Source: Marsupella aquatica (taxonomy: Eukaryota; Plantae; Marchantiophyta). From it: a DNA stretch of 64,000 bases. The stretch is from assembly GCA_973895155.1 (NCBI GenBank), contig OZ316899.1:2811455-2875454 (forward strand). The letters run 5' to 3'. This document shows, piece by piece, positions 10,817-21,637 of this stretch (positions are counted from its first letter, which is position 1; every line of letters starts with the position of its first letter). The notes beneath the pieces are model-generated. The model searched no databases and was not told the origin of the DNA. It saw nothing but the letters and a program-made list of their open reading frames with translations. Both the position numbers and the translations under genes were made by a program.

Positions 10817-13810
10817 ATGACTGACCTTACGCCGAGGGAAGAAAGAGTGATTCAACGGGAGAGAGCTCGACTGCAGCAGCTCGCCGGGTGGCATGATGCA
10901 CAGCGACTGAGAGGGGCAGAAAGAGCTGGTAGCTCCGAAACTGGAAGTGGCGTCGAAGAAGACATACCAGAAGAAGAGTCGGTAAGGAGAAGTGAGTCTC
11001 CAACCGACATGGGGGAACCAGAGGCACGGCCAGACGAGAGGCCAGGGACCAGATTGAGCCAGCGGTCGCGCATACATTACAAGGCATTTCATGGGAGAGG
11101 AGATGAGGATCCGGACGAGTGGTTGGATGATTTCGAGGGAACCGCTGCAGCAAATGGAGAATCGGCCATCAAGATGCAGATTCTTCCCGGCCTGTTCAAG
11201 GGTGAGGCTAGGCCTTGGTACAGAGCATTAGATGTGGAAGATCAAGCCATCTGGGATATCTTCAAAACACTCTTTGTTAAGGAGTTTCGACCAATTGGAA
11301 CTTCAGAACTAGCAGTGCTGAAGTTGGGACGACTTCGGTTCAAGGAGAACAAATCCTTCAGGAAGTTCTTGCAACGCTTTCAGAAACTGGTAAGACGTAC
11401 AAAGACCAATGCATCTGAAGGTATGCAACTTCAATGGTTGGTGAATGCTTTGCCACAGAAGATGAGTTTTGCAATTAGGAAGGAGAACCCGGAGACTTTA
11501 GCCGAAGCAATTAAGGATATTCAATTATACATTAATGCAGATATCACAAGCCGGAAGAAACAGCTTAAGTCTGAGAGTTCCTCATCAGAAGAGGGATCAC
11601 CCCATAAGAAAAAAGATAAGAAGAAGAAACATTCTAAGAAGTCTAGAAGTGATAAGTCAAGCTCGGATAGTGGGAGTAGCAAGAGTGAGTCATCTTCTAG
11701 TTCTGAAGAAGAAAAAACTACCAAAAGGAAGGGCAGAAGGAGAGGGAAGACGAAAGTCAAGCTGGAGGCTAAGCCACCAGATAACATCGCAGCCCTTACC
11801 GAGCAACTTAAGGCTATCATTGCAGAGGTAAAACCGAAGAAGAAGGTAGTACAGGAGGATAGCTCTGTATGGTGTGCCTTATGTTATAAAACCGGACACC
11901 ATAAAGATGCGTGTCCTAAGCTTAATACTAATCATGTTCGGCATGTGGCCGAGATCAGACCATGTCAGGGAGAAGTAGAGTACTTTTTAGGAGATGCCGC
12001 TGATAGTGTTTTTGGCATCAGTGAGACTGGAGCACGAGACCTATCCAACAGACCTGCATCTCTATGGTCAGGGTTAAGGAACAACACAGGAGAGATGTAT
12101 CCTCGGATTATTCAGAACCCGTCAGTACCTCCTAGGCCGAATGTGCAAAGATTTGCGGCATGCTATAATTGTGGTCAACCTGGCCATTTTGCTAGAGAAT
12201 GCCCGAATGCACGCAAACAGGGTGATGGACAACCAGCTCAGCTATGTATGGGATGCCGACAGGAAGGTCATATGCTAGGGCAATGTCCTACTTGGTTGGC
12301 AGGCCTGGCCGCAAATCATAAACTTTTGCCGGTCAAGATCTTACCGCCAAGTACTACCCCCGGAGGAGTTCAAATCAACCACATCGAACTAGGATGGCAA
12401 GAGGATGCCGAGGCAGAGTTCGTACCATCTGATGATGAGGCCGAAGCCCTATCAACCTTCTCAGAGGAGGATTTAGATCATGATTGCTACCGGGTCTCTA
12501 CTCGATCTACCAGAAGGAAGGAAAGGTGGGATGGGCTGGCCAAAAATAAAGGGAAGGTTACGGAGGAAAAGATCGACTCTTCGTCAACATCAACGGAAGG
12601 AGAAGGGAGGGCTCCGGCAATACAGGTAAGCCATGAGCCCACCAGTGAACCCAATCCTTCACAAGATAGCGACTTCAATCGAGATCATCCTAAGTTGTTC
12701 TACCCCTCTATTACGGCTAGTGTTAAGGAACAACTAAGAGAATTAGAAACCCTGGAGAATACCAAAGCCATTGCCAAGGATGTAAAACGAGCAAAAGCAT
12801 TGTTTGCTTCGGAAGACCCAACAGCTGTGGAGACTAGCGTGGCAAAACTGGCCAAATCCAAGACGGAGACACCACCAGAGGAGAAGCCGATTGTTCCCTA
12901 TGACCTGGCTAAAGATGTACTAGAATCTAGAGTCTCGGCAACAGTAGGTCAACTATTGAAAAATAGCCCGTACTTCCGGAAGCAATTAAGGAAGGCTATT
13001 CTCGGCAAGCCGAGATTACCCAAGGTAGCAACCAGATCCGACGTACTAATGATAGAAGAAGATCAAGGAGCCCCAGCATTACCATTAATGATTCAAGGAG
13101 AATTATTACTACGGGTACCCATCGATGGAGGATCAGGGGTATGTATTATGATTGATTCAACAGCAAAAGGGTGGGGTCTAACACCGGAGATGACTGGAAG
13201 AGTGTTGAACATGGCCAATGGATATCAGGTCATTCCCACGGGAGTGTTAACCGGCATCAAGACAGAGATAGGAGGTATCTTCTTTAGCATTAACTATGTA
13301 GTAATGAAGCCGGTAAATCCTACGTCATTCCGGCTATTGATTGGTAGGCCATGGCTGTACCTAGCCGAGGTAATAGAAGATTGGGGTAAAAAGCAGTTCA
13401 CTTTCGGGACCCCCTCTATCACGGTATCCTGGGACACTAAGGATGACCGTAGGAAAAGCATAAGGGAAGTAGATGGGTACGACAGTGGACTGGAGTCAGC
13501 CGATGAAGTACGTTGGTTAGAATGCCTCACTGACCTAACCGAAGAAAGTGTCTTTGGACCAGAGGTACCCCCCAGCGGATTATGGCAAGAACCAATGGAA
13601 GGTGACTTGGAAGAAGAAGACGAAGAGGTCGAGGACTGCTTTACAATAGAATCCACCTTTTTAGCTGCAATTCCGGAGGAAGTAAAGGATGTAGACCAAT
13701 TGGATGAAACGGCTAAGTGGGGAGCAGTAGCAGGGACAGTGGATTTTCTGCAGGCGTTGTGGCAGAGCCGGCAGGGTTCACAACGCCATCGATCATCGGC
13801 AAGGAATTAA
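10817..13810 (+). CDS. gag: Element B ORF1: gag, three CCHC knuckles, aspartic protease
   Basis: 997-aa intact ORF; CALCYKTGHHKDAC, CYNCGQPGHFAREC, CMGCRQEGHMLGQC; protease VPIDGGSG...LLIGRPWL. Confidence 0.95.
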   Translation: MTDLTPREERVIQRERARLQQLAGWHDAQRLRGAERAGSSETGSGVEEDIPEEESVRRSESPTDMGEPEARPDERPGTRLSQRSRIHYKAFHGRGDEDPDEWLDDFEGTAAANGESAIKMQILPGLFKGEARPWYRALDVEDQAIWDIFKTLFVKEFRPIGTSELAVLKLGRLRFKENKSFRKFLQRFQKLVRRTKTNASEGMQLQWLVNALPQKMSFAIRKENPETLAEAIKDIQLYINADITSRKKQLKSESSSSEEGSPHKKKDKKKKHSKKSRSDKSSSDSGSSKSESSSSSEEEKTTKRKGRRRGKTKVKLEAKPPDNIAALTEQLKAIIAEVKPKKKVVQEDSSVWCALCYKTGHHKDACPKLNTNHVRHVAEIRPCQGEVEYFLGDAADSVFGISETGARDLSNRPASLWSGLRNNTGEMYPRIIQNPSVPPRPNVQRFAACYNCGQPGHFARECPNARKQGDGQPAQLCMGCRQEGHMLGQCPTWLAGLAANHKLLPVKILPPSTTPGGVQINHIELGWQEDAEAEFVPSDDEAEALSTFSEEDLDHDCYRVSTRSTRRKERWDGLAKNKGKVTEEKIDSSSTSTEGEGRAPAIQVSHEPTSEPNPSQDSDFNRDHPKLFYPSITASVKEQLRELETLENTKAIAKDVKRAKALFASEDPTAVETSVAKLAKSKTETPPEEKPIVPYDLAKDVLESRVSATVGQLLKNSPYFRKQLRKAILGKPRLPKVATRSDVLMIEEDQGAPALPLMIQGELLLRVPIDGGSGVCIMIDSTAKGWGLTPEMTGRVLNMANGYQVIPTGVLTGIKTEIGGIFFSINYVVMKPVNPTSFRLLIGRPWLYLAEVIEDWGKKQFTFGTPSITVSWDTKDDRRKSIREVDGYDSGLESADEVRWLECLTDLTEESVFGPEVPPSGLWQEPMEGDLEEEDEEVEDCFTIESTFLAAIPEEVKDVDQLDETAKWGAVAGTVDFLQALWQSRQGSQRHRSSARN
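13741..13787 (+). other. Putative -1 programmed ribosomal frameshift signal (G GAU UUU plus stem-loop)
   Basis: Slippery heptamer in the ORF1 frame, 5-nt spacer, stem GGCGTTGTG/CACAACGCC; conserved in element C. Confidence 0.75.
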
Positions 13811-16800
13811 ATACCAAGGGATCGGCATACAAGCCGATTACGAGGGCAGAACAAATTGAGGCCCTATTAGAAGCCGAGAGAGCACAGCGGCCTGACTCTC
13901 AGGAGCAAGAGGTGGATGAGATGGACAAACACAATCCAGAGCCAAGGCAGGAAGGGGAGCCGACCACCAATTCAAAACCGAATAGACCGGCAAGGGGACA
14001 ATCTATGGACACCAAGGAAGGGACCGACTCGGCTAGTCCAGCCGAGATTCCAGTTTATGGAGGTATGAGATTGGAGAGACTGGAAGCTGAACTGGACCCG
14101 AATTTGAAGAAGCAGATTAATATGATCCAAGCACGGCAATATCGGAAGCTCGACTTAGGAGAGGGAAGAGAACTGAACTTAGGGAGAAACCTAGCACCTG
14201 AGCTCGAGAAAGAGATCAGTGACTTATTGATTGAATTTCAGGATGTGTTTGCATGGAGTCACCAAGATCTAAAGGGAGTAGATCCAACACTAGGGGAACA
14301 TCGAATTGATCTCATGTTAGGAGCCAAATCATTTCGACAACCAATTCGAAGGATGAACCCGAAGTATTCCCTGCTGGTCAAAACAGAAATCGACAAACTA
14401 GTGGAAGCTGGATTCATCACTCCAGTCCTGCATTCAGACTGGGTGTCTCCAATTGTGATAGTTCCCAAGAAAGCTGGACCCAATGGTAAACCCAAGATCC
14501 GGGTTTGTCAGGATTACAGGAAGCTGAATGAAGCAACATTAAAAGACCATTTTCCTTTACCGTTTACTGATATGGTACTAGACATGGTAGCCAGTCATGA
14601 ACTATATTCATTCATGGATGGATACTCTGGTTATAACCAAATCAGGATTCGGCAGGAAGACCAAATCAAGACGGCCTTCATCACGGAATGGGGGATCTAT
14701 GTCTTCAATCGTATGCCGTTTGGACTCTGCAACGCACCAGCTATGTTTCAACGATTAATAGTGAACATTTTTCATGATTACTTGAGAAAGTTCATGGAAA
14801 TCTTCATTGATGACTTTGCAGTATTCGGGAAGGCATCGAAACATGCTAAATACCTCAGGAAAACCTTCATGAGATGTAGAGAGGTGGGTCTCAAGTTACA
14901 CCCAGATAAATGTTTCTTTGCAGTAACCGAGGGGGTGCTACTAGGTCACAAGGTATCAAGGAAGGGCATTGAGATTGATAAAGGTAAGCTAGCAGTATGG
15001 CTAGATATCATGCAACCTAAGAACATAAAGGATGTAAGATCCTTCTTGGGATGCATTGGTTACTATCGCCGGTTCATCAAGGATTTTGCCAAGCTAGCTT
15101 TACCATTAACCAACATGCTCAAGACAGGAGCAGACTTCGAACCCACACCCGAATGAGTCACAGCGGTGGTAGAATTGAAGCAGATGTTAGTAGAGGCCCC
15201 AGTCATGATAGCACCGGACTGGAACAAAGATTTTCATGTTTTTGTAGATGTCTCGGGCTTTTGTATCGGCTCAGTACTAAGTCAGTTGGATGAGAAAGGA
15301 AGGGACCATCCCATATACTTCGCAAGCCGTCAGCTTGCCGATGCCGAACGGAACTACTCCACCACAGAGAGAGAAGCATTAGGAGTCATTTATTCTTGTA
15401 AAAAGTTTAGGCATTATTTACTAGGGTACAAGGTAATCTTTCATACTGATCATGAAAGTTTGAAGTACCTAGTCAATAAGCCGGACCTTACAGGCAGAGT
15501 AGCAAGATGGATTTTGCTATTACAGGAGTTTGACTATGAGCTGAGGATCAAGCCGGGAAAGTTACACGCCAATGCCGACTTCTTTTCAAGGATCACAGGT
15601 AAACCTGCCACGGATTGCATCGATGATCGATTCCCCGACGAGGAGCTATTCGTTGTGGAAATAGTTGATACATGGTACCCTGAGATTTTACAATTTCTCA
15701 GCACTTCCAGATTACAGCCAGGATTAAGCCGAGAGCAAGCCGCAGTCTTTGTGCGGAAGGTCAGACAGTATCAGTGCATTAAAGGCATACTGCACAAGCA
15801 TGGAATCAACGGCACGATTCAAAGGTGTTTGGAAAAGGGAGAGGTAAAACGAGTCCTACGGGCCATGCATGGAGAGGAAGCCGGAGGACATTTTGCCCCA
15901 GTAACCACGTCTAAGAAGATATTAAATGCCGGTTACTGGTGGCCCACCTTGCACAAGGATGTCTATCAGTTTATCAAACAATGCGATCCTTGTCAACGAG
16001 CGGGAGGACCAAGGGCGTCCACCAGACATCCACTGCACCCTATTCTACCTCTGGCACCATTCGAGAAGTGGGGTATTGATTACATTGGACCTCTGAAACC
16101 ACTGACCCACCCTCGACGGAACAAGTACATAATCCTGGCTACGGATTATGCAACTAAATGGGTAGAGGCCAGACCAACAACGAAGGATGATGCAATTACT
16201 ATGGCTAGATTCATGTATGAGCAGATCTTCACCAGGTATGGAGCACCCCTAGAATTAGTTAGTGATAGAGGAACCCATTTTTTGAATGATATAATTAGTC
16301 GTTTAAATGAGCAGTATTTAGTTAAACATAGGCCTACTACTCCCTACCATCCAAAGGCAAATGGGTTGACAGAACAAGCAAACGGAATTATAGGAAAGAT
16401 ATTGAACAAGACAGTAGCTCAGAACAAACTCGATTGGGATGATAAATTGTTTGCTGCTGTTTTTGCTTACAATCTTGCCTATAAATCCACTACCGGTCAT
16501 ACACCCTTCTTCTTAACCTTTGGACAAGAAGCCCTGGTACCCATGCAACTTGAGATACCGACATTTCAAGTTACAATTGAGGAAAGAGCCTCAGCGGAGG
16601 AGAGCCTAAAGGAGCGAGAATATAGGTTAGAAGCTTTAGAGGAGGCGAGAATGATTTCAGCCGAGAGAGTAGAATATAGACAGAATATCATGAAGCAGCA
16701 GTATGATAAAAAGTTGAAAGTAGTTAGTATTCACACCGGTGATCTTGTGCTACTTTATGACAGTAGGTATAGTAGGTTTCCAGGAAAGCTTTACACTCGC

Positions 16801-16958
16801 TGGTTAGGACCCTTTAGAGTAACCATGATATTCCCCAATGGCTCCGTACAATTGGCCAACATTACGGGAGAGGTATATCCAGTTCGCATCCATTATGACC
16901 GCCTCAAGAAATACTATATGGACGAAGATGAAGTGGTTCGCGAGGACGCTTCACAATT

Positions 16959-16971
16959 AAGTGGGGAGCTA
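16959..16971 (+). other. PPT of element B
   Basis: AAGTGGGGAGCTA directly before the TGTGATG LTR start. Confidence 0.88.
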
Positions 16972-19900
16972 TGTGATGCCTAGACAGGAATCACTCGGCC
17001 AGTTAAGTGGGTAAAGCAGGAAGGCACCCTAGGAACACCTTAGTATAGGGACAAAACAAGGAAAATATAAACAATTAGGGGCAACCATGGAACCCGGGCC
17101 GAGGCCGGAGGTAAGGACGCTGAGGGTGAAAACTCGATTAGGGTTAGGGCGCGTTAAGCGTCGGCGGCTAGGAAGGATCAACGGGAAGAAGGACCGGCAG
17201 AGGAGAGGGGTAAGGAGCGCTTGTGGGAGATGGTGGCTCATTTGCGAGCACGAACTAGGCAGACGACTACGGGAGGCCAACTACTGTCAGCTGCTTAGGC
17301 AAGCACTCGGGGAGAGAGTAGATACCGACGATCGACCTAAGGAGGGTATGAGCAACGTCAATCAAGCGGCACATTTCTGGGGATGCCTGTTCGAACGGGC
17401 AACTGAGTACATCAAGACTTACGAGGACGAGGAATCAGAAAGGGCAGCTCGAGAACGGCAGGAGCTTGCTCGATTGTGGGAGCTACAGAAGACAGCTTTC
17501 TTAGGAGGCGAACTCATCAAGGACGAGTTCCTGTGGACGCCTACTTCCAATCAACTCGACGATCTTCTGTTTTGCAAAGACAGCGTCTTCGGCATCCGAG
17601 AGGCCATCAAGAACTGCAACGACATACACTGGGAATTAAAGGGTAGCATGGAAAGGTGGACCCAGGCAACGGTGCTAGGAGAAACCTCCATGGCAGCAGA
17701 GATGAAGAGGAAGGGAGCCATCAACGATGAAGCCACCCCGACAAAAAGAACGAGGTCGGCGGCACCAAAGAAGCCAGCCGAGTAGCAGAGCAGGAGGCAG
17801 GGAGAAGCCGAAGAGGAGGAGGTCGATCCCATCAAGGCCATTCCAACCAGGGATGACACCTGGAAGGGCTGGGCGGCAACCCTACCGGTGGAGGTGCAAC
17901 TACATTTTGCACGGGAGGAGGATGCATGCTTTACGGCCATGCAGACCAAGAAGTACCAAGGCTTCATGGCCGGATCCGGCTTAGAGGCCTTTGTAAGATT
18001 ACCATGGCTGAAGCCGGAGGTACCGGAGTCAGACCTATTAGAATTCGTGGGGTCATGGGAACCCGAGACCAATTGCACGAGGATATATGGGAAGGATTTC
18101 TATCTTACTCCCAAGGTAATTGCCGAAGTGTTTGGCTTGCCGATAGGCAATAAGACCAAAGTTGATACCAGGAAGACCTTGCCTGACAAGGAGTTCCGGT
18201 CGTTCCCCGGGCCATCAACGAAGAATGGCTTCTTCCGAAACACCTGCACCAACCCGCACATAGGAGAGATGATCAACTTCTTGCGGGTGACCATGCATTG
18301 TAACTTGCCGAGGGCAGAGATCGGCAAAGCACAGGTCTATCTGGCAGAAAGGCCAGACCCAAGCCGGGACTACAACGGGTACCTCCTCAACCAATTGAAG
18401 AAGATCTTAAAGGAGGAGCAGCAGGTAATCGGCATGGGGAGCGTATCGCAGCTTGGCTATCACATGCCGCTGTTGTGCCGGTATGCCAGAGGTCAGACTT
18501 TTGCCCCAGTACTTCCCCTGCAGGTAAGGGCACCCGAGGAAGCTCCAACGCCGAGGCCGTTGGCTGAGAAGCCTCAACCACCTGTTAGCCCTACGATCGA
18601 GCAGGTGTTTAGGCCCAGGAAGGAGGACTTGCCGATGCAGCAACCAGGCATGCAGAGTCTGCTGAAACTACTGGAGAAAGAAAAGAAATCGGCATCGGCA
18701 ACAACAACGGCAACGGCAACAATGCAGGACACTACTACAGAGGTAGGCCTACACCGGCTCACAAGAGAAAACCCCTTTGCTGGAGACAAGGAGAGAATCA
18801 GGCCGGAATCCAAGCCAGGTGTTCAAATGTATGTGGGAATCTCAAGCTCCGAATCTGAGGCAGAATTGCCTGAAGCTCCTACCGACGAAGAGGAGAGGGA
18901 GAAGCCGGACGTCCAAGAAGTAGAGGAGGCAGTGGAGGACTGCAGCCATGATAATTCCGGCTATGGGTCGGACCATCACGTTCCAGGAGTAAGGACTTGT
19001 GGCCAGTTTGTCCCCACACTTCCAAGGGTAGTGCGAGGGGACCCCAACCAGCAGAGTAGCCCTGAGTCTCCCCCACCAGATGTTGCTCCCCCGAGCTTTG
19101 ACGGCATAAAACAGACGGTGCAGGAATTTCAGGAGCGAATCAGGCAGGAAGAGGAGGCAGCCCTGGCTAGGGAAAAGGATTTACCAGGAGGAGATTGGCC
19201 GGAGGACATCAGGCGGCTAGCCGAAAAAGGAAGCAAACCTCTAGCCACGATTGAAGAGATCCGCAGGACGGCTTGGGAGTAGAGGCCGCGATGGGCGATG
19301 CCGATCACTTCTACTTACTCCACCTACGCTAAGAATAGAGCCATGGAGTATGGTGAGATGTGTGGGGAACTTGCGCTCGGCATCTTTGGAGAGGAGTTGG
19401 AGGTAGGACCCTTTTTCCATAGGGAGCAGTTGGAGAAGCACCAATTAGAAGAAGCGGTGGCTTTAGAGAGAAGCAAGAAGGACGAGGTCATTCGGCGGCT
19501 TAGGAGGATGGAAGCCGAGATTGAAGATCTAAGGGCGGCCAAGAAAGCCCAAGATGAACTGCGGATTAAACGGCATGAGCTGAACATCATGCAGGGGCAG
19601 TTGGACACCGCGTAGGCTGATAATCAGAATATCAAGGAAAAACTGACTCAGACGCAGGGAGAGTTGGCCGACACGATCAAAGAGAGGGAGAAGTGGAAGC
19701 AAGAGCTGAAGAATACAGAGGAGGCCCACATAACAGCCAACAGCCGGGCCATGGCGGAGACCCAAAGAAAGGAATGGGCGTTGAAGGGGGAGCTCGAGAA
19801 AATCCGCGGAGCCCTTGAGCAGAAGGAGGTCGAGTTAGGGAAATCCTATCAAGGGATTATGGCGCTGCAGCAGGAGCTTGCGTCCCTGACGGCCAGCTTC

Positions 19901-21637
19901 AAGGCCGACCTAAGGGAGAAGGACGAGATGCCCGAACAGACTTACGCCAAGATGAACCAGATGGAGTCTGTCATCATTGCAGAGCTCGACAAGGAGCTAA
20001 GAGCAACCCGGGAGGAGAGGACTACCTTGAAACAAGAACGGGAGGAAGCCCAGAAGGAACTAGAGGAGGCACGCAAGGACCTGGATGAGACCCACGAGGA
20101 GTTGGAGGAAATCACGAGGAAGATGGAGAACCTCCAGCGGCGGGCCGACAACCAAACGGAGCGGCTGAAGAAACAAGCCGCAGTATTTAAGTGCTTGTCT
20201 TCATCAGGCCCAACTCCAATTGGGGCAACCAAGTTACCAGGAGTGGTACTGGCCGAAGAAAAAGCCGCGCCACCTGCACCAGTGCCGGAAGTAAGTGGGA
20301 AGGGGAAGGGACCAGCTGCCGAACCAGAAAAGAAGAAAAAGCAGAAACCTTTAGGGTCAAGAAGTAATCCGACTCCACAAGCCATGGTGACCAAGGAGGT
20401 AGAACCAGCACCATCCTCCGGCATGAATACGGCAATAGATCCCGCTATCATCACAGGTGGGGGTGGTGCGGCCCAAGCCGAACTACTCAGTAATGAGGCC
20501 GGTATTCCAGATCCGCCTCTTGAGCAGGCCGGGGAGACCGTAGCCGAGGCTGAGGCCGTAACCGATTCCCGAACCGATGCCGACGCCGATGGTGGACCCA
20601 ATCAGGCCGATGGAGAGTTGACTCAGTCAAGGGCAGGTAATCTGTCAGAAAATGAACCTACGGCAGTGGCTGAGGAGGAAGCGTTGGGGGCGTCCATTAA
20701 GGATCCACCACCGGTGTCGTGACGGTGCAAGGGTGCCGTTCCTTTTAGGGAGGGCGGACGTGGAGGGAGGAGGCGTGAGTGGGCAGGGCGGGCGCTGATC
20801 TCCAAGTTTAAGATTAGGATCAAGACCAGGAGCGGCCCTGACACTTAGCTTAGTGGGATTGCGGTCCCACTGGTAGGAGCAACACTTGTGCTCCTGCCTT
20901 GCTGTACATAGGTAGATTCGGGCAAGTAGATTACTGTTAAGTAGATTAGGCTTACGATGCAAAGAATGGCGGATCCACTACCAGGATAAGTACCTGGGCA
21001 GCGGGGAGCTCAGGGCCTCTTCTTTAGCAAGTTTTTAGTTTGCACCAGCCGGGTTGGGATCAAGTAGTACGAGAAGCTCTCGGTTAGTCATACAGTGACC
21101 CTTGTGTATATTCATGTTTCCTCATGCATAAGAGCTGAATAGAGTTGGCCTCACGGCTTAGTTCGCAGAGCTTGTGTATGAGATGTACTGTTTGTATGGC
21201 AAGTGCATGGTATGACTCAGTCAGAATGAGTCATTTTGCTATTTGTGTGTCGCATTAACTTGTGTGAAGAGTGCCCACATCAACCAAAAGGAAGGAAAGT
21301 AAGCAGGGGAGTGAGAGTTGGATGTGTCGAGCTGAGAGAGGTCTTAGCGGCTTAACCAAGCCTATTGGGGATCATTCCGGCGGCGGAATCCAAACATACC
21401 TAACAAGACGGAGGGGAAGACAGGGGAAGGCCTAGATTAGGCCGGCTACGTATCTCATGACCCGATGAAGGATCTGTCCAGTATATGTGTGTAAAATGTT
21501 AATAGTAGTACTAGTAGAAGGTTAGCAGCGTCCCATGCCGCTAAGCCGTGGAAACGGCCTTGCCAAGCGCGAAACCTGCGGGAATCGGCTTGAGCTGGGG
21601 GGTTTCTTGGGTTTAGGGAGCCATGGGACGCACCACA
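16972..21637 (+). repeat. Element B 3' LTR (4666 bp)
   Basis: TG...CA ends; colinear with both LTRs of element C. Confidence 0.93.
17087..20722 (+). pseudogene. LTR-embedded ORF of element B (1212 codons, three in-frame TAG)
   Basis: ORFs 17087-17785, 17888-19282, 19298-19615 and 19664-20722 are all in one frame; homologous to the intact ORF at 40637-44119. Confidence 0.9.

Larger units (their letters stand above)
13717..16983 (+). pseudogene. pol: Element B ORF2: RT, RNase H, integrase (one in-frame TGA at 15154-15156)
   Basis: ORFs 13717-15156 and 15166-16983 are in the same frame; FIDD, FVDVSG, WGIDYIGP, SDRGTHF and GPF motifs. In the -1 frame relative to ORF1. Confidence 0.95.
10323..21637 (+). 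mobile_element. Element B: Ty3/Gypsy non-chromovirus LTR retrotransposon; 5' LTR interrupted by element A
   Basis: 10323-10747 matches 21210-21637. PBS, gag-PR, RT-RH-IN, PPT and a full 3' LTR are present. Right flank GCCGT lies inside the Copia D RT. Confidence 0.95.

Noticed and set aside
17137-17150. (TTAGGG)2 near the start of the B and C LTRs as telomeric sequence
   Set aside because: Only two units, inside the reading frame (RLGLG); not an array.
17087-20722. LTR ORF as a retroviral-type env
   Set aside because: No signal peptide or hydrophobic transmembrane segment is evident; the protein is charged, Pro-rich and coiled-coil.
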